DNA from: Vicinamibacterales bacterium
Lineage (GTDB): Bacteria > Acidobacteriota > Vicinamibacteria > Vicinamibacterales > G965250185
Assembly (NCBI GenBank): GCA_965250185.1
Contig: OZ252293.1
Location: 1,176,329 to 1,240,328, forward strand
Length of the DNA: 64,000 nt
Direction of reading: 5' to 3'
Positions within the stretch are counted from its first letter, which is position 1. The number at the start of each line of letters is the position of its first letter. A model generated the notes under the pieces. That model was not told the DNA's origin and did no database searches. It worked only from the letters and a program-made list of their open reading frames with translations. Below are positions 37,183-45,362 of this stretch, in pieces. Position numbers and translations under genes: made by a program.

Positions 37183-38013
37183 TCACTCGGCCAGGTCGGG
37201 CATTGGCGCCATCGCTCGCTTGTGCCCACTCTGCTCGATCAGTACGCGGATCCGTTCGGCGGTCGCCGACGACAGCGTCCCGGGTCCCTCGGTCAGGTAG
37301 ACCTCGAGTTCGTCGTATCCGAAACCCATCTCCTTCTCGTCGGTTTGACCCGGCCACAGCCCGGCGCTGGGCGACTTGTCGATGACCGCCGTCGGGACGC
37401 CGAGGTCCCGGGCCACCGATCGCACCTGGCTCTTCAGCAGTCGCCCGAGTGGGAGCAGGTCGACACCGCCGTCGCCGTACTTGGTGTAGTAGCCGATCGC
37501 GAGTTCGCTGCGATTCCCGGTGCCAGCGACGAGGTACCCGAGCACGTTCGCCATGTAATACAGCGTTGTCATGCGTAGCCGCGGCTTGACGTTGGCCAGA
37601 GGAAGCGGCGATCGCATGTCCTGATTCGTAGCGGCGCCACCTGCCAGCGACTCGTGGCAAGTTTGCAAATCGCTCGTCAAGGTGTCGTAGGCGCGTGCCA
37701 GATCGACTCGAGCGACCGGCACGCCGAAGTGGTCGGCTACCGCCCGGGCGTCGACCTCGTCCTCCGGTGCGCTGTGGCACGGCATCACGACCCCGACGAC
37801 GGCGTCCGGCGTCGCCAGCGAGGCGAGCCCGAGCACGACTGCCGAATCGATTCCACCGCTGAGGCCGACGGTGAGGCCACTCGCGCCCGACTGCTCGACG
37901 TGCTGCCGCATCCATGTGGCGATCGTGCTCGCGATCGTGTTGGCAGGTGCCGGGACGGTCATCGGTCGACTATAGCGCTGCCTCGGATCCGCGGCAAGCG
38001 AGCGATGCGCCAT
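37183..38013 (-). CDS. nadE: Ammonia-dependent NAD+ synthetase
   Basis: The PP-loop is GLSGGIDSAVV, and YYTKYGDGGVDLLPLG is also present. Confidence 0.9.
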   Translation of the reverse strand: MAHRSLAADPRQRYSRPMTVPAPANTIASTIATWMRQHVEQSGASGLTVGLSGGIDSAVVLGLASLATPDAVVGVVMPCHSAPEDEVDARAVADHFGVPVARVDLARAYDTLTSDLQTCHESLAGGAATNQDMRSPLPLANVKPRLRMTTLYYMANVLGYLVAGTGNRSELAIGYYTKYGDGGVDLLPLGRLLKSQVRSVARDLGVPTAVIDKSPSAGLWPGQTDEKEMGFGYDELEVYLTEGPGTLSSATAERIRVLIEQSGHKRAMAPMPDLAE

Positions 38014-38019
38014 CGCCAG

Positions 38020-39036
38020 CTACTTGGTATCGTTGCCGATCGCCTCTGCCGCCGGTGAATCCGGCCAGACCGGAGTCGGTGAAGCCGTGTACTGGGCGTG
38101 GGCCAGTTCCTGCTGGAAGTAGGCCGTTTGCGAGGCGTAGAACTGCAGCTTCGCCGCCAGTCGAGCGACGATGTAGACCTGACCGACCAGGATGGCGCCC
38201 CACGCAGCCAGCGCGCCCCCGGTGGCGCTAGGCACCAGGAGGCCGTAGAGGGCGAGCAGGATCACGAAGACGAGTCCGTTCAACAGATACAGGCCGGCCG
38301 TGGCAACCGGTCGTCGCTTCACGAACCGCCAGCCCGCGAGGCACGCGCCAACCATGCTTCGTCGGTCTTCCACGACGACCCGAATCTTCGCGTAGTCCAG
38401 GATCAGGTTGACCGACACGAGCAGCGCCCCGAAGACCAGATAGAGCGCAAGACGGATGAAGAAGCCGGTGCGCTCGACCGTCGTGTCCAGCGTGAGCGCG
38501 CCGTACAGATCGTCGAGCAGCCAGCCGTGCACGTAGCCGAACAGGATGTAGTACGCGAGGCCGGCGATGATGGCCAACCGCAGGAACCTGACGAAGTGGA
38601 CGCCGCACGCCGGGAAGAAGCCCTCCGGGCGGGTTGCGCGCCGTCGCGCGTACCGGTCGAGGATGCCACCCACCAGGAACGTCCAGAGGGTGATGTACGC
38701 CGCAATCGCTCCGAGGAGACCCACCTGCCTGGAGCCGTGGTCCAACAGGGTGCTGAGATTGTCCAGCGGCGCCGCGAACCCGATGATCGTGGGGCGGAAC
38801 GTCGCGGCGAGCCCGTCGGCGCGCTCGGCGTACTCCTGCCACCAGTCGTAGCTCGTGCCGTCGGCTACACGGTCGGCGATCGCGCTGTCCCCGAGGTCGG
38901 ACGCGATCGCGCTCTGCATGGTGAGCACGAGCGGGACGCTGACCAACAGCGTGACCACGTAGACGCCGCCGAGGATGACCGGCGCGTGAGCGACGCGTCG
39001 GGCGCCGTCAGCGAATGCGCGCAGCAGCATGGACAT
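38020..39036 (-). CDS. Polytopic membrane protein of unknown function
   Basis: ORF 38020..39303 trimmed to ATG 39036 (MSMLLRAFADGARR), 47 nt after the stop of the upstream M1 peptidase gene. It has several long hydrophobic spans. I recognised no family. Confidence 0.6.
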   Translation of the reverse strand: MSMLLRAFADGARRVAHAPVILGGVYVVTLLVSVPLVLTMQSAIASDLGDSAIADRVADGTSYDWWQEYAERADGLAATFRPTIIGFAAPLDNLSTLLDHGSRQVGLLGAIAAYITLWTFLVGGILDRYARRRATRPEGFFPACGVHFVRFLRLAIIAGLAYYILFGYVHGWLLDDLYGALTLDTTVERTGFFIRLALYLVFGALLVSVNLILDYAKIRVVVEDRRSMVGACLAGWRFVKRRPVATAGLYLLNGLVFVILLALYGLLVPSATGGALAAWGAILVGQVYIVARLAAKLQFYASQTAYFQQELAHAQYTASPTPVWPDSPAAEAIGNDTK

Positions 39037-39083
39037 CGGTACCGGGCGTTCTCCTCCGGCCGCCTGCGAGGCCCCGGGTGCAC

Positions 39084-41180
39084 TCACACGAAGAAGGCAT
39101 GAGTCAGCAGCAGGTCGTGAAGCCAGGTCATCCACGTCAGCGCCCACCGCGTGGCCGCCTCCGGTCCTCGCGGCTCCAGTGATTTGCTGTTGTTCGTGTA
39201 GTCGACGTCCAGGAGCAAGACCCGATCCGGATCGACGTGAGCCTGCACGGCCTGCGACTGCCCCTCGAATGTGTACATCTTCCATCGGGCGACGCCGTCC
39301 CACGACTCGCGCTGCTCCTCGCCGTCGGCGAAGAGCACGAGAACGTCGACCGGGAACGTGGCCTCGCCGTAACGCCGCACCACGACGGTCGTTCTGAACT
39401 GGCCCTGGGTCTCGGTCTGCGCCTGGAACCCGGGGGAATCCGACGTCTCGAAGTAGCCTCGCCCACTGGCCGGCTCGCTCGTCAGCTCCGCGATGCCGTA
39501 GTCGAACACGTTGGAGGAGCGGTGGGCCTGGTTGATGAACCAGGTCAGATCGCGGCCCGCCACGTCATTGAGCGCGGCGAAGAGGTCGTCCGGACCTGGG
39601 TGTCGGAACTTCCACCGATCGAAGAACGTCGCGAGGACTTGCCGGAGGGTCGGCCAGCCGAGGTGGCGCTCGAGCGTGTGCAGCCACAGCGCCGTCTTGT
39701 TGTACGTGATGCGCCCGCCGGTACCCGGCCAGTACCGATATGACGGGGTCGCCGGGACATCGCTCTCGGCCGCACTGCGGTAGCCGCTGAGCCGGTTGCC
39801 GTCGGTGGCGCGCGACCGGGGTAAGTCACGCAGCACCCACGGCACGAAGCCGCCGAAGTATCGGTTCACGACGTAGTTCGGCTCGAAGTCTTGAGCGATC
39901 ACGCGGGCGGTGGCGAAGGTGTTGATCCCTTCATCCATCCAGGCGTGCTCGAACTCGTTGTTGCCGATGATGCCGTACCAAAACTGGTGGCCTGCCTCAT
40001 GAATCGTGACGCCCTCGGGCTGGGTCACGTCGGCTGGTACCCACCACCGACTGCCTGCCGTGAACAACGTCGGGTACTCCATGCCGCCCGTGCCACTCCG
40101 CCAGGCCGGGTCGACGACCGTGATGTGCCCGTAGGGATACGGACCGAACCACTCGCCATAGTACTTGAGCGTCGCGCGGGTGGCGGCGAAGTGCCGATCC
40201 GCCTGCGCGACGTGTTCCGGCTGGAGGAGAAGGCGAATCCCGACGTCGGGCAAGGTCGGGTGCTCGAAGTTGGCGGTGCGTTCGACGAAATCCGGGCTCG
40301 TCGTCCAGACGAAGTCGTGGACGTCCTCCTGGTAGAAACGGTGCGTGGTCGTCCCGTTGGTGTTGTCGCGTCGCTCGCGCTCGAGGCCGGTGGCACCGAT
40401 CACCCACGCCATCGGGATCGTGAGACGCACGTCGTACACGCCGTAGTCGGCGTAGAACTCGGTGCCGCTGTGAAACTGGTGGCAGTTCCAGCCGTCGTCC
40501 TCGAGCACGCCGATCTTCGGGAACCACTGCGCGATGAAGAAGTAGTTCCCGATCGCGCCCGTCCGAGCGAACGTGCGCGGGATGTGCGACGTCCACTCGA
40601 GTTCGATGTTGAGCGAATCCCCCGGGTCGATCGGCGCGGCGAGCGGGACCCGCATCACCGTTCGATCTGCCTCATTCCCGTCATCGGGCGCGATGTACTG
40701 AATGCGATCCGTGAGGTCCAGAGGTGCGCCCGCACCCAGCAGTCGGACGCGAGTCACGTCGATCCAACCCCAGTCCTCCGCGGGCCGAGTCGCCAGCCGC
40801 CGATCGCCCGCGAGCGCGCGCTCGCGCAGCCACGTGGACTCCGAGTTACGCCACGCGTTGTAGTAGAGGTGGAAGCGAAGCTCCGAGGTCTCGGTCGACG
40901 AGATGTTGCGCCAGGTGAGGATCTCGCGGCCCGTCAGCGTTCGGCTCTCGGGATCGAGCCGCACGTCGATCGTGTAGCTCGCGTTACGCGGGGATCGCGC
41001 ACCAGGCAGCGGAGTGTCCAGCGGTGCAGGCTCTTCGCTGTCGGCGTCCGTCTCGACGGCCTCGGATGGTTCCTGGGTGGCAGCGCCCTGGAATGCGGAG
41101 CCCCTGGCGTCGAGAGCCGGATCGAGCCACACGGCGAACAGGATCGTTCCCGTCAGAACGGCTACGAGTACGCGACGCAT
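39084..41180 (-). CDS. M1-family zinc metallopeptidase (aminopeptidase N-like), secreted
   Basis: The signal peptide is MRRVLVAVLTGTILFAV. The zinc motif is HEAGHQFWYG...18 aa...WMDEG (HExxH-E). GMEYP is a GxMEN-like motif. Confidence 0.85.
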   Translation of the reverse strand: MRRVLVAVLTGTILFAVWLDPALDARGSAFQGAATQEPSEAVETDADSEEPAPLDTPLPGARSPRNASYTIDVRLDPESRTLTGREILTWRNISSTETSELRFHLYYNAWRNSESTWLRERALAGDRRLATRPAEDWGWIDVTRVRLLGAGAPLDLTDRIQYIAPDDGNEADRTVMRVPLAAPIDPGDSLNIELEWTSHIPRTFARTGAIGNYFFIAQWFPKIGVLEDDGWNCHQFHSGTEFYADYGVYDVRLTIPMAWVIGATGLERERRDNTNGTTTHRFYQEDVHDFVWTTSPDFVERTANFEHPTLPDVGIRLLLQPEHVAQADRHFAATRATLKYYGEWFGPYPYGHITVVDPAWRSGTGGMEYPTLFTAGSRWWVPADVTQPEGVTIHEAGHQFWYGIIGNNEFEHAWMDEGINTFATARVIAQDFEPNYVVNRYFGGFVPWVLRDLPRSRATDGNRLSGYRSAAESDVPATPSYRYWPGTGGRITYNKTALWLHTLERHLGWPTLRQVLATFFDRWKFRHPGPDDLFAALNDVAGRDLTWFINQAHRSSNVFDYGIAELTSEPASGRGYFETSDSPGFQAQTETQGQFRTTVVVRRYGEATFPVDVLVLFADGEEQRESWDGVARWKMYTFEGQSQAVQAHVDPDRVLLLDVDYTNNSKSLEPRGPEAATRWALTWMTWLHDLLLTHAFFV

Positions 41181-41264
41181 GGCGAAACCTCCATTCCGGA
41201 GGGAAATGCTATACCAATCGGCCGAGAATCGAGCATGCTGTCCGTCGGTGCGCTCCCGCGCAGA

Positions 41265-41273
41265 TGTTATAAT
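41265..41273 (+). promoter_or_regulatory. Extended -10-like element TGTTATAAT upstream of the amine-dehydrogenase-like gene
   Basis: An exact TGnTATAAT lies 53 nt upstream of ATG 41326 in the divergent intergenic region. There is no good -35 element. Confidence 0.3.
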
Positions 41274-41325
41274 CCATCGTTTTTGGACCGGTCGCCTTTC
41301 GTTCTCATGCCCCAGGACTCATCTC

Positions 41326-42330
41326 ATGCCTATACGCGTCATGCACTACGGCCTCGGCCCCATTGGACTCGCCGTCGTCAAACAACTGGCCGAACGGAAG
41401 GGATTCAGGAGCGTCGGCGGGATCGACATCGCCGAGGACAAGGTCGACCGCGATCTTGGTGACGTCGCAGGGCTCGGCCGACGATTGCGCGCCAAGGTGT
41501 CGAGCGACGCCCGTGCGGCGCTGAAGGCCGCCAAGCCAGACGTGGTCGTGCTGTGCACGAGCTCGTCGCTCAAGAAGGTCGTGCCACAGATCGAGACCGT
41601 GCTCAAAGCCAGGGTCCCGATTGTCTCGACCACCGAGGAGATGGCCTATCCGGTGGGCGGGAACCGCCGGCTCGCTCGGCGGATCGACGAACTGGCCAAG
41701 CGCTTCAAGGTCGGCGTCCTGGGCACCGGCGTGAATCCCGGGTTCACGATGGACGCCTTGCCGATCACGCTGACCGGCGTGTGTGAGCGCGTCGACGCCG
41801 TGTTCGTGGACCGCGTGCAGGATGCGAGCGTGCGGCGGCTGCCGTTCCAGCAGAAGATCGGTGCCGGGCTGACCACCGAGGAGTTCCAGGCGCGTGTCGA
41901 CGCCGGCAGCGTCCGGCACGTGGGCCTCGCTGAGTCGGTCTCGATGATCGCCGGTGCGATGGGCTGGAAGCTCGATCGCATCACCGACGACATCGGGCCG
42001 AAGGTTGCCGAGAAGCGGATCGCAAGCCCGTTCCTGACCGTCGATCCTGGCTATGTCTGCGGCCTCGTACAGGACGGCATCGGGTACCGCGACGGTCGAC
42101 CGGTCATCACGCTCCACATGCAGGCGTACCTCGGCGCGCCCGAGTCGTACGATGCGGTTAGGATCGACGGGTCGCCGGCGCTGTCGATGAAGATCGCCGG
42201 CGGAGTGCATGGCGACGTGGCCACGGCCTCGATGGTGGTGAACTCGATTCCGAAGGTGCTGGCCGCCTCCGCCGGATTCCACACCATGCGCGACCTGCCG
42301 ATCCCGTCGTTCTTTGGCGGGAAACTCTAG
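41326..42330 (+). CDS. DapB-like NAD(P)H-dependent amine dehydrogenase family protein (2,4-diaminopentanoate dehydrogenase-like)
   Basis: ORF 41014..42330 trimmed to ATG 41326 (MPIRVMHYGLGPIGLAVVKQL, a Rossmann motif). VLGTGVNPGF is also present. Confidence 0.7.
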   Translation: MPIRVMHYGLGPIGLAVVKQLAERKGFRSVGGIDIAEDKVDRDLGDVAGLGRRLRAKVSSDARAALKAAKPDVVVLCTSSSLKKVVPQIETVLKARVPIVSTTEEMAYPVGGNRRLARRIDELAKRFKVGVLGTGVNPGFTMDALPITLTGVCERVDAVFVDRVQDASVRRLPFQQKIGAGLTTEEFQARVDAGSVRHVGLAESVSMIAGAMGWKLDRITDDIGPKVAEKRIASPFLTVDPGYVCGLVQDGIGYRDGRPVITLHMQAYLGAPESYDAVRIDGSPALSMKIAGGVHGDVATASMVVNSIPKVLAASAGFHTMRDLPIPSFFGGKL

Positions 42331-42370
42331 GCAATTACGTACGCACAGAGCCCGGCGCCCAAAGCCGTGC

Positions 42371-45109
42371 TCAGCCGTCCAGCTGAAGCCGCTGCCGCTT
42401 TAGATACAGACCCTTGCGCGACAGGCCGAGGAGCCGGGCGGCTGGCTCGAGCCGGCCGCCGGTTCGTGTGAGGGCGTGCCCGATCAGCGCTCGCTCCAGC
42501 TCGTCGGTCGCCGAAGCCATGGGCTGGCGCAGCGACAGCTGTACCGCCTCGGTCGACCGATCGGCCTCCGCCGGAACCGTGCGTCGGCTGGCGCGGATGT
42601 GGGGCGATAGCAGTTCCGGACCGATGATCGAGCCCGGCTCGGCGAACGCCACTAGGCGCCGCATCTCGTTTCCAAGCTCCCGGACGTTGCCCGGCCAGCG
42701 GTGGAGTAGCACGAACTCGAGTGCTTCGTCGGAGAGCCGGGCCGGCGCGCGGCCCTGCTCCTCGGCGTGCAGCTCCAGAAAGTGCTGCGCCAGCGGCGGG
42801 ATCTCCTCGCGGCGCTCTCGTAGTGGCGGAAGCGGCAGACGGATCACGTTGAGCCGGTAGTACAGGTCCTCCCGAAACGTGCCCTCGCTGACGAGGCGAT
42901 CCAGGTCGGCGTTCGTGGCGGCGACGATCCGAACATCCACCGGGACCGGGCTGGACGCGCCGAGGGGATGTACGTAGTGCGTCTCGAGGAAGCGGAGCAG
43001 CTTCGGCTGCACATCCGGACTCAGCTCGCCGATCTCGTCCAGGAAGAGCGTGCCTCCCTGCGCCGCGCGAATCACGCCAGGAAATTGCTCCGTTGCACCG
43101 GTGAAGGCACCGCGGCGATGCCCGAACAGCTGGCTGTCGAGCAGGTCCCTGGGCACGGAGTTGCAGTCGAACGGCAGGAACGTCCGGCCGGCTCGCGAGG
43201 AGCTGTCGTGGATCGCGCGGGCGAGCAGTTCCTTCCCGGTCCCGGTCTCGCCCGTCAGCAGAATCGGGATGTCGGTCGGAGCGGCCTGACGGGCCGTTGC
43301 CAGGATGTCCAGCATGTTCTTGGAAACGAACACGCCACCGCCCAGGCTGGCGGCTGCCGGCTCCGTGTCCCAGAACGATGCCCGTCGCCTTTTCTGCTGC
43401 GCCGCGCGCTCCAGCTCTCGCGCCTGCTGGACGAGCTTCCGGACGGCTGCCAGCGTCTCGGTGGCCTCGAAGGACCTCGGAGGCTCGACCAGCAGCACGA
43501 CACCGTCGCCGTCGAGCGGGATCTCGATCGCGTCCGGCGAGCCTGCGTCGATCGGCTCGAGCGAACCGTCCTCGTTGCGGCGCGCGAGGCGACACGGCCC
43601 GTCGTAGCCTTCACGGTCCAGGAGATGCAGTAACTCTCGGCCCATGAGGTCGGGCCGGCTGGCGAGCTCGAGCAAGAGCGTCACGCCTTCGAGTCCGCCC
43701 GGTCGCCAATCATTTGGTGGTTCGTGATCGCGCCGGACCGTGGTGACGCGCGCGGGTGCCACGTCCTCGGGCAGATTGGAGCGCCGGTCCGCCCCGATGC
43801 GCATCCGGAGGCAGGCGTTGCCGATGCTGTCGGCAACGCGGTGCGCTCGATCGAAACGCCTCGCCGCAGCGTGCGTCTGCCCCTGGCGCGCCAGTACGAC
43901 GCCTCGGACCCGCTCGATCTCGGCCGAGGTATCGAGCGAGGTCGAGTCGCAGGTCGCCGACGCGTCGGCCAGCAACTGGCCGGCCTCGACGTGGCGATCG
44001 AAGTGTGCGAGTGCATCGGCCTTCAAGACCCTGAAGAGCCCTCCGAGGAGACGGTCCTCGCGCGCCGCGGCGATCTCGATCGCCGTCGAGGCCAGGTCCG
44101 CTGCCTCCGTCCACCGCTCGCGGCGCAGCAGCAGCCGGATCTTCGTCTGGTGAATCCAGAGATCGAGCCACGACGGCTGATACTGATCCCGTGCCGGATT
44201 GAGCCGGTCGATTTCCTCGAGAAGTTCCTGACACTCGTCCAGTTGGCCTTGCGTCAGCTTGAGCTGGGCGTAGCTGTCGAGCAGGGAGACGCGCGCCTTG
44301 GTATTGGTAGCCGCAGTGGCAAGCGCCTCGGTCAGAAAGCGGTGCGCGTCACTAAACTCTCCTAGGTAGAGCTTGGCTTGTCCCAAGTTCGCGAGTGCTC
44401 CCAGTAGCGTTCTTCGGTGACCAGATTCCTCCGCGCAAGCGAGCGCTAGTTCCGCTGCCTCTACAACGCTCTCGAACTTGTTCGCGATTTGGTCGATGCC
44501 GCACACGTCCAGTTGAAGGATCCCCTGCAGCCAGACGTTGGGATGACGACGAAGGAGTGATGCCGCGAGATGCACATGATGCGTCGCGGTCTGAATCGAC
44601 CCCCGTTTCGCCTCCAGTCTTCCAATGCAGATGTGAAGGCTAGCGGCTATCCTTGGGTCGCCGCATCGGGCTGCATTTCTTTTGGTTTCTCTGGCAAGTG
44701 CAGCGACTGTTTCAAGAGCGGACACGTCCGCAAGCGTCGCAATCAGACTCAACTGCGTCCAGCAGGTTTGCTCGAGATTCCCCGATTCTTCAGCGAACCG
44801 CAGAGCGCGCTGTAGGTGCTGCAGCGCATCACCCAGCTGTCCTCGCTCTTGATTGAGACCGCCGAGGATGACGTGGCAGCGAGCACGAAGGGCCTTCGAG
44901 AGACTGCGTGTTTGGAGTGTCTTCTCCGCCACCTCTTCGGCGTGCGGATCGTCGCCGACATTGCGGAGCATCTCTGCCTTGAGGACCCGATAGAGATCGA
45001 GTTCAGAGTTGCTGATTCCGGCCTCCACCTCTTCAATCCGTTTCAGCGCCGCGGAGAATCGCCCGGCCTGCGCGTCCGCTAGAATCGGGCCGAGTAGGTG
45101 TGTCGGCAT
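42371..45109 (-). CDS. Sigma-54-dependent transcriptional activator (bEBP) with a ~560-aa TPR-like N-terminal region and Fis-type HTH
   Basis: The AAA+ core has Walker A LLTGETGTGKELLARAIH, the GAFTGA loop, Walker B GTLFLDEIGE and WPGNVRELGN. The C-terminal HTH is AARLLGLSRKGLYLKRQRL. The N-terminus is helical-repeat sequence with no REC, GAF or PAS motifs that I can see. Confidence 0.85.
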   Translation of the reverse strand: MPTHLLGPILADAQAGRFSAALKRIEEVEAGISNSELDLYRVLKAEMLRNVGDDPHAEEVAEKTLQTRSLSKALRARCHVILGGLNQERGQLGDALQHLQRALRFAEESGNLEQTCWTQLSLIATLADVSALETVAALARETKRNAARCGDPRIAASLHICIGRLEAKRGSIQTATHHVHLAASLLRRHPNVWLQGILQLDVCGIDQIANKFESVVEAAELALACAEESGHRRTLLGALANLGQAKLYLGEFSDAHRFLTEALATAATNTKARVSLLDSYAQLKLTQGQLDECQELLEEIDRLNPARDQYQPSWLDLWIHQTKIRLLLRRERWTEAADLASTAIEIAAAREDRLLGGLFRVLKADALAHFDRHVEAGQLLADASATCDSTSLDTSAEIERVRGVVLARQGQTHAAARRFDRAHRVADSIGNACLRMRIGADRRSNLPEDVAPARVTTVRRDHEPPNDWRPGGLEGVTLLLELASRPDLMGRELLHLLDREGYDGPCRLARRNEDGSLEPIDAGSPDAIEIPLDGDGVVLLVEPPRSFEATETLAAVRKLVQQARELERAAQQKRRRASFWDTEPAAASLGGGVFVSKNMLDILATARQAAPTDIPILLTGETGTGKELLARAIHDSSSRAGRTFLPFDCNSVPRDLLDSQLFGHRRGAFTGATEQFPGVIRAAQGGTLFLDEIGELSPDVQPKLLRFLETHYVHPLGASSPVPVDVRIVAATNADLDRLVSEGTFREDLYYRLNVIRLPLPPLRERREEIPPLAQHFLELHAEEQGRAPARLSDEALEFVLLHRWPGNVRELGNEMRRLVAFAEPGSIIGPELLSPHIRASRRTVPAEADRSTEAVQLSLRQPMASATDELERALIGHALTRTGGRLEPAARLLGLSRKGLYLKRQRLQLDG

Positions 45110-45319
45110 CTACGTCTCCGAAGGAATACGCCTTGTTTCGCCGACTCTCGCGGCCGAACTATCGCCGGTCGCGTAGCAGCAGGGGCCCGGAGGTTGTCCG
45201 GCGATCTCTCTGTCTTTCGGTTCGGGTGACGTCTTCGTGCACCAGCCAGGGCGGTGGACGCAAGAAGCATGCTCCGGGGTCCTCGTGGAGCCAGCTTCTG
45301 TCTGCGGGGGCTTGAAGAT

Positions 45320-45356
45320 GGCCCCCCGGGCGGGGAGTGGAGATGCCCGGGAGGCC
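45320..45356 (-). terminator. GC-rich hairpin just after the S8 peptidase stop (weak terminator candidate)
   Basis: GGCCCCCCGGG (45320-45330) pairs with CCCGGGAGGCC (45346-45356), giving 11 bp with one mismatch. There is no clear U tract. Confidence 0.25.
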
Positions 45357-45362
45357 GCGAGG

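Noticed and set aside
42327-43595. 422-aa same-strand alternative-frame ORF inside the sigma-54 activator gene
   Set aside because: It is Arg/Ala/Gly/Pro junk sequence. The AAA+ motifs are all in the 912-aa frame.
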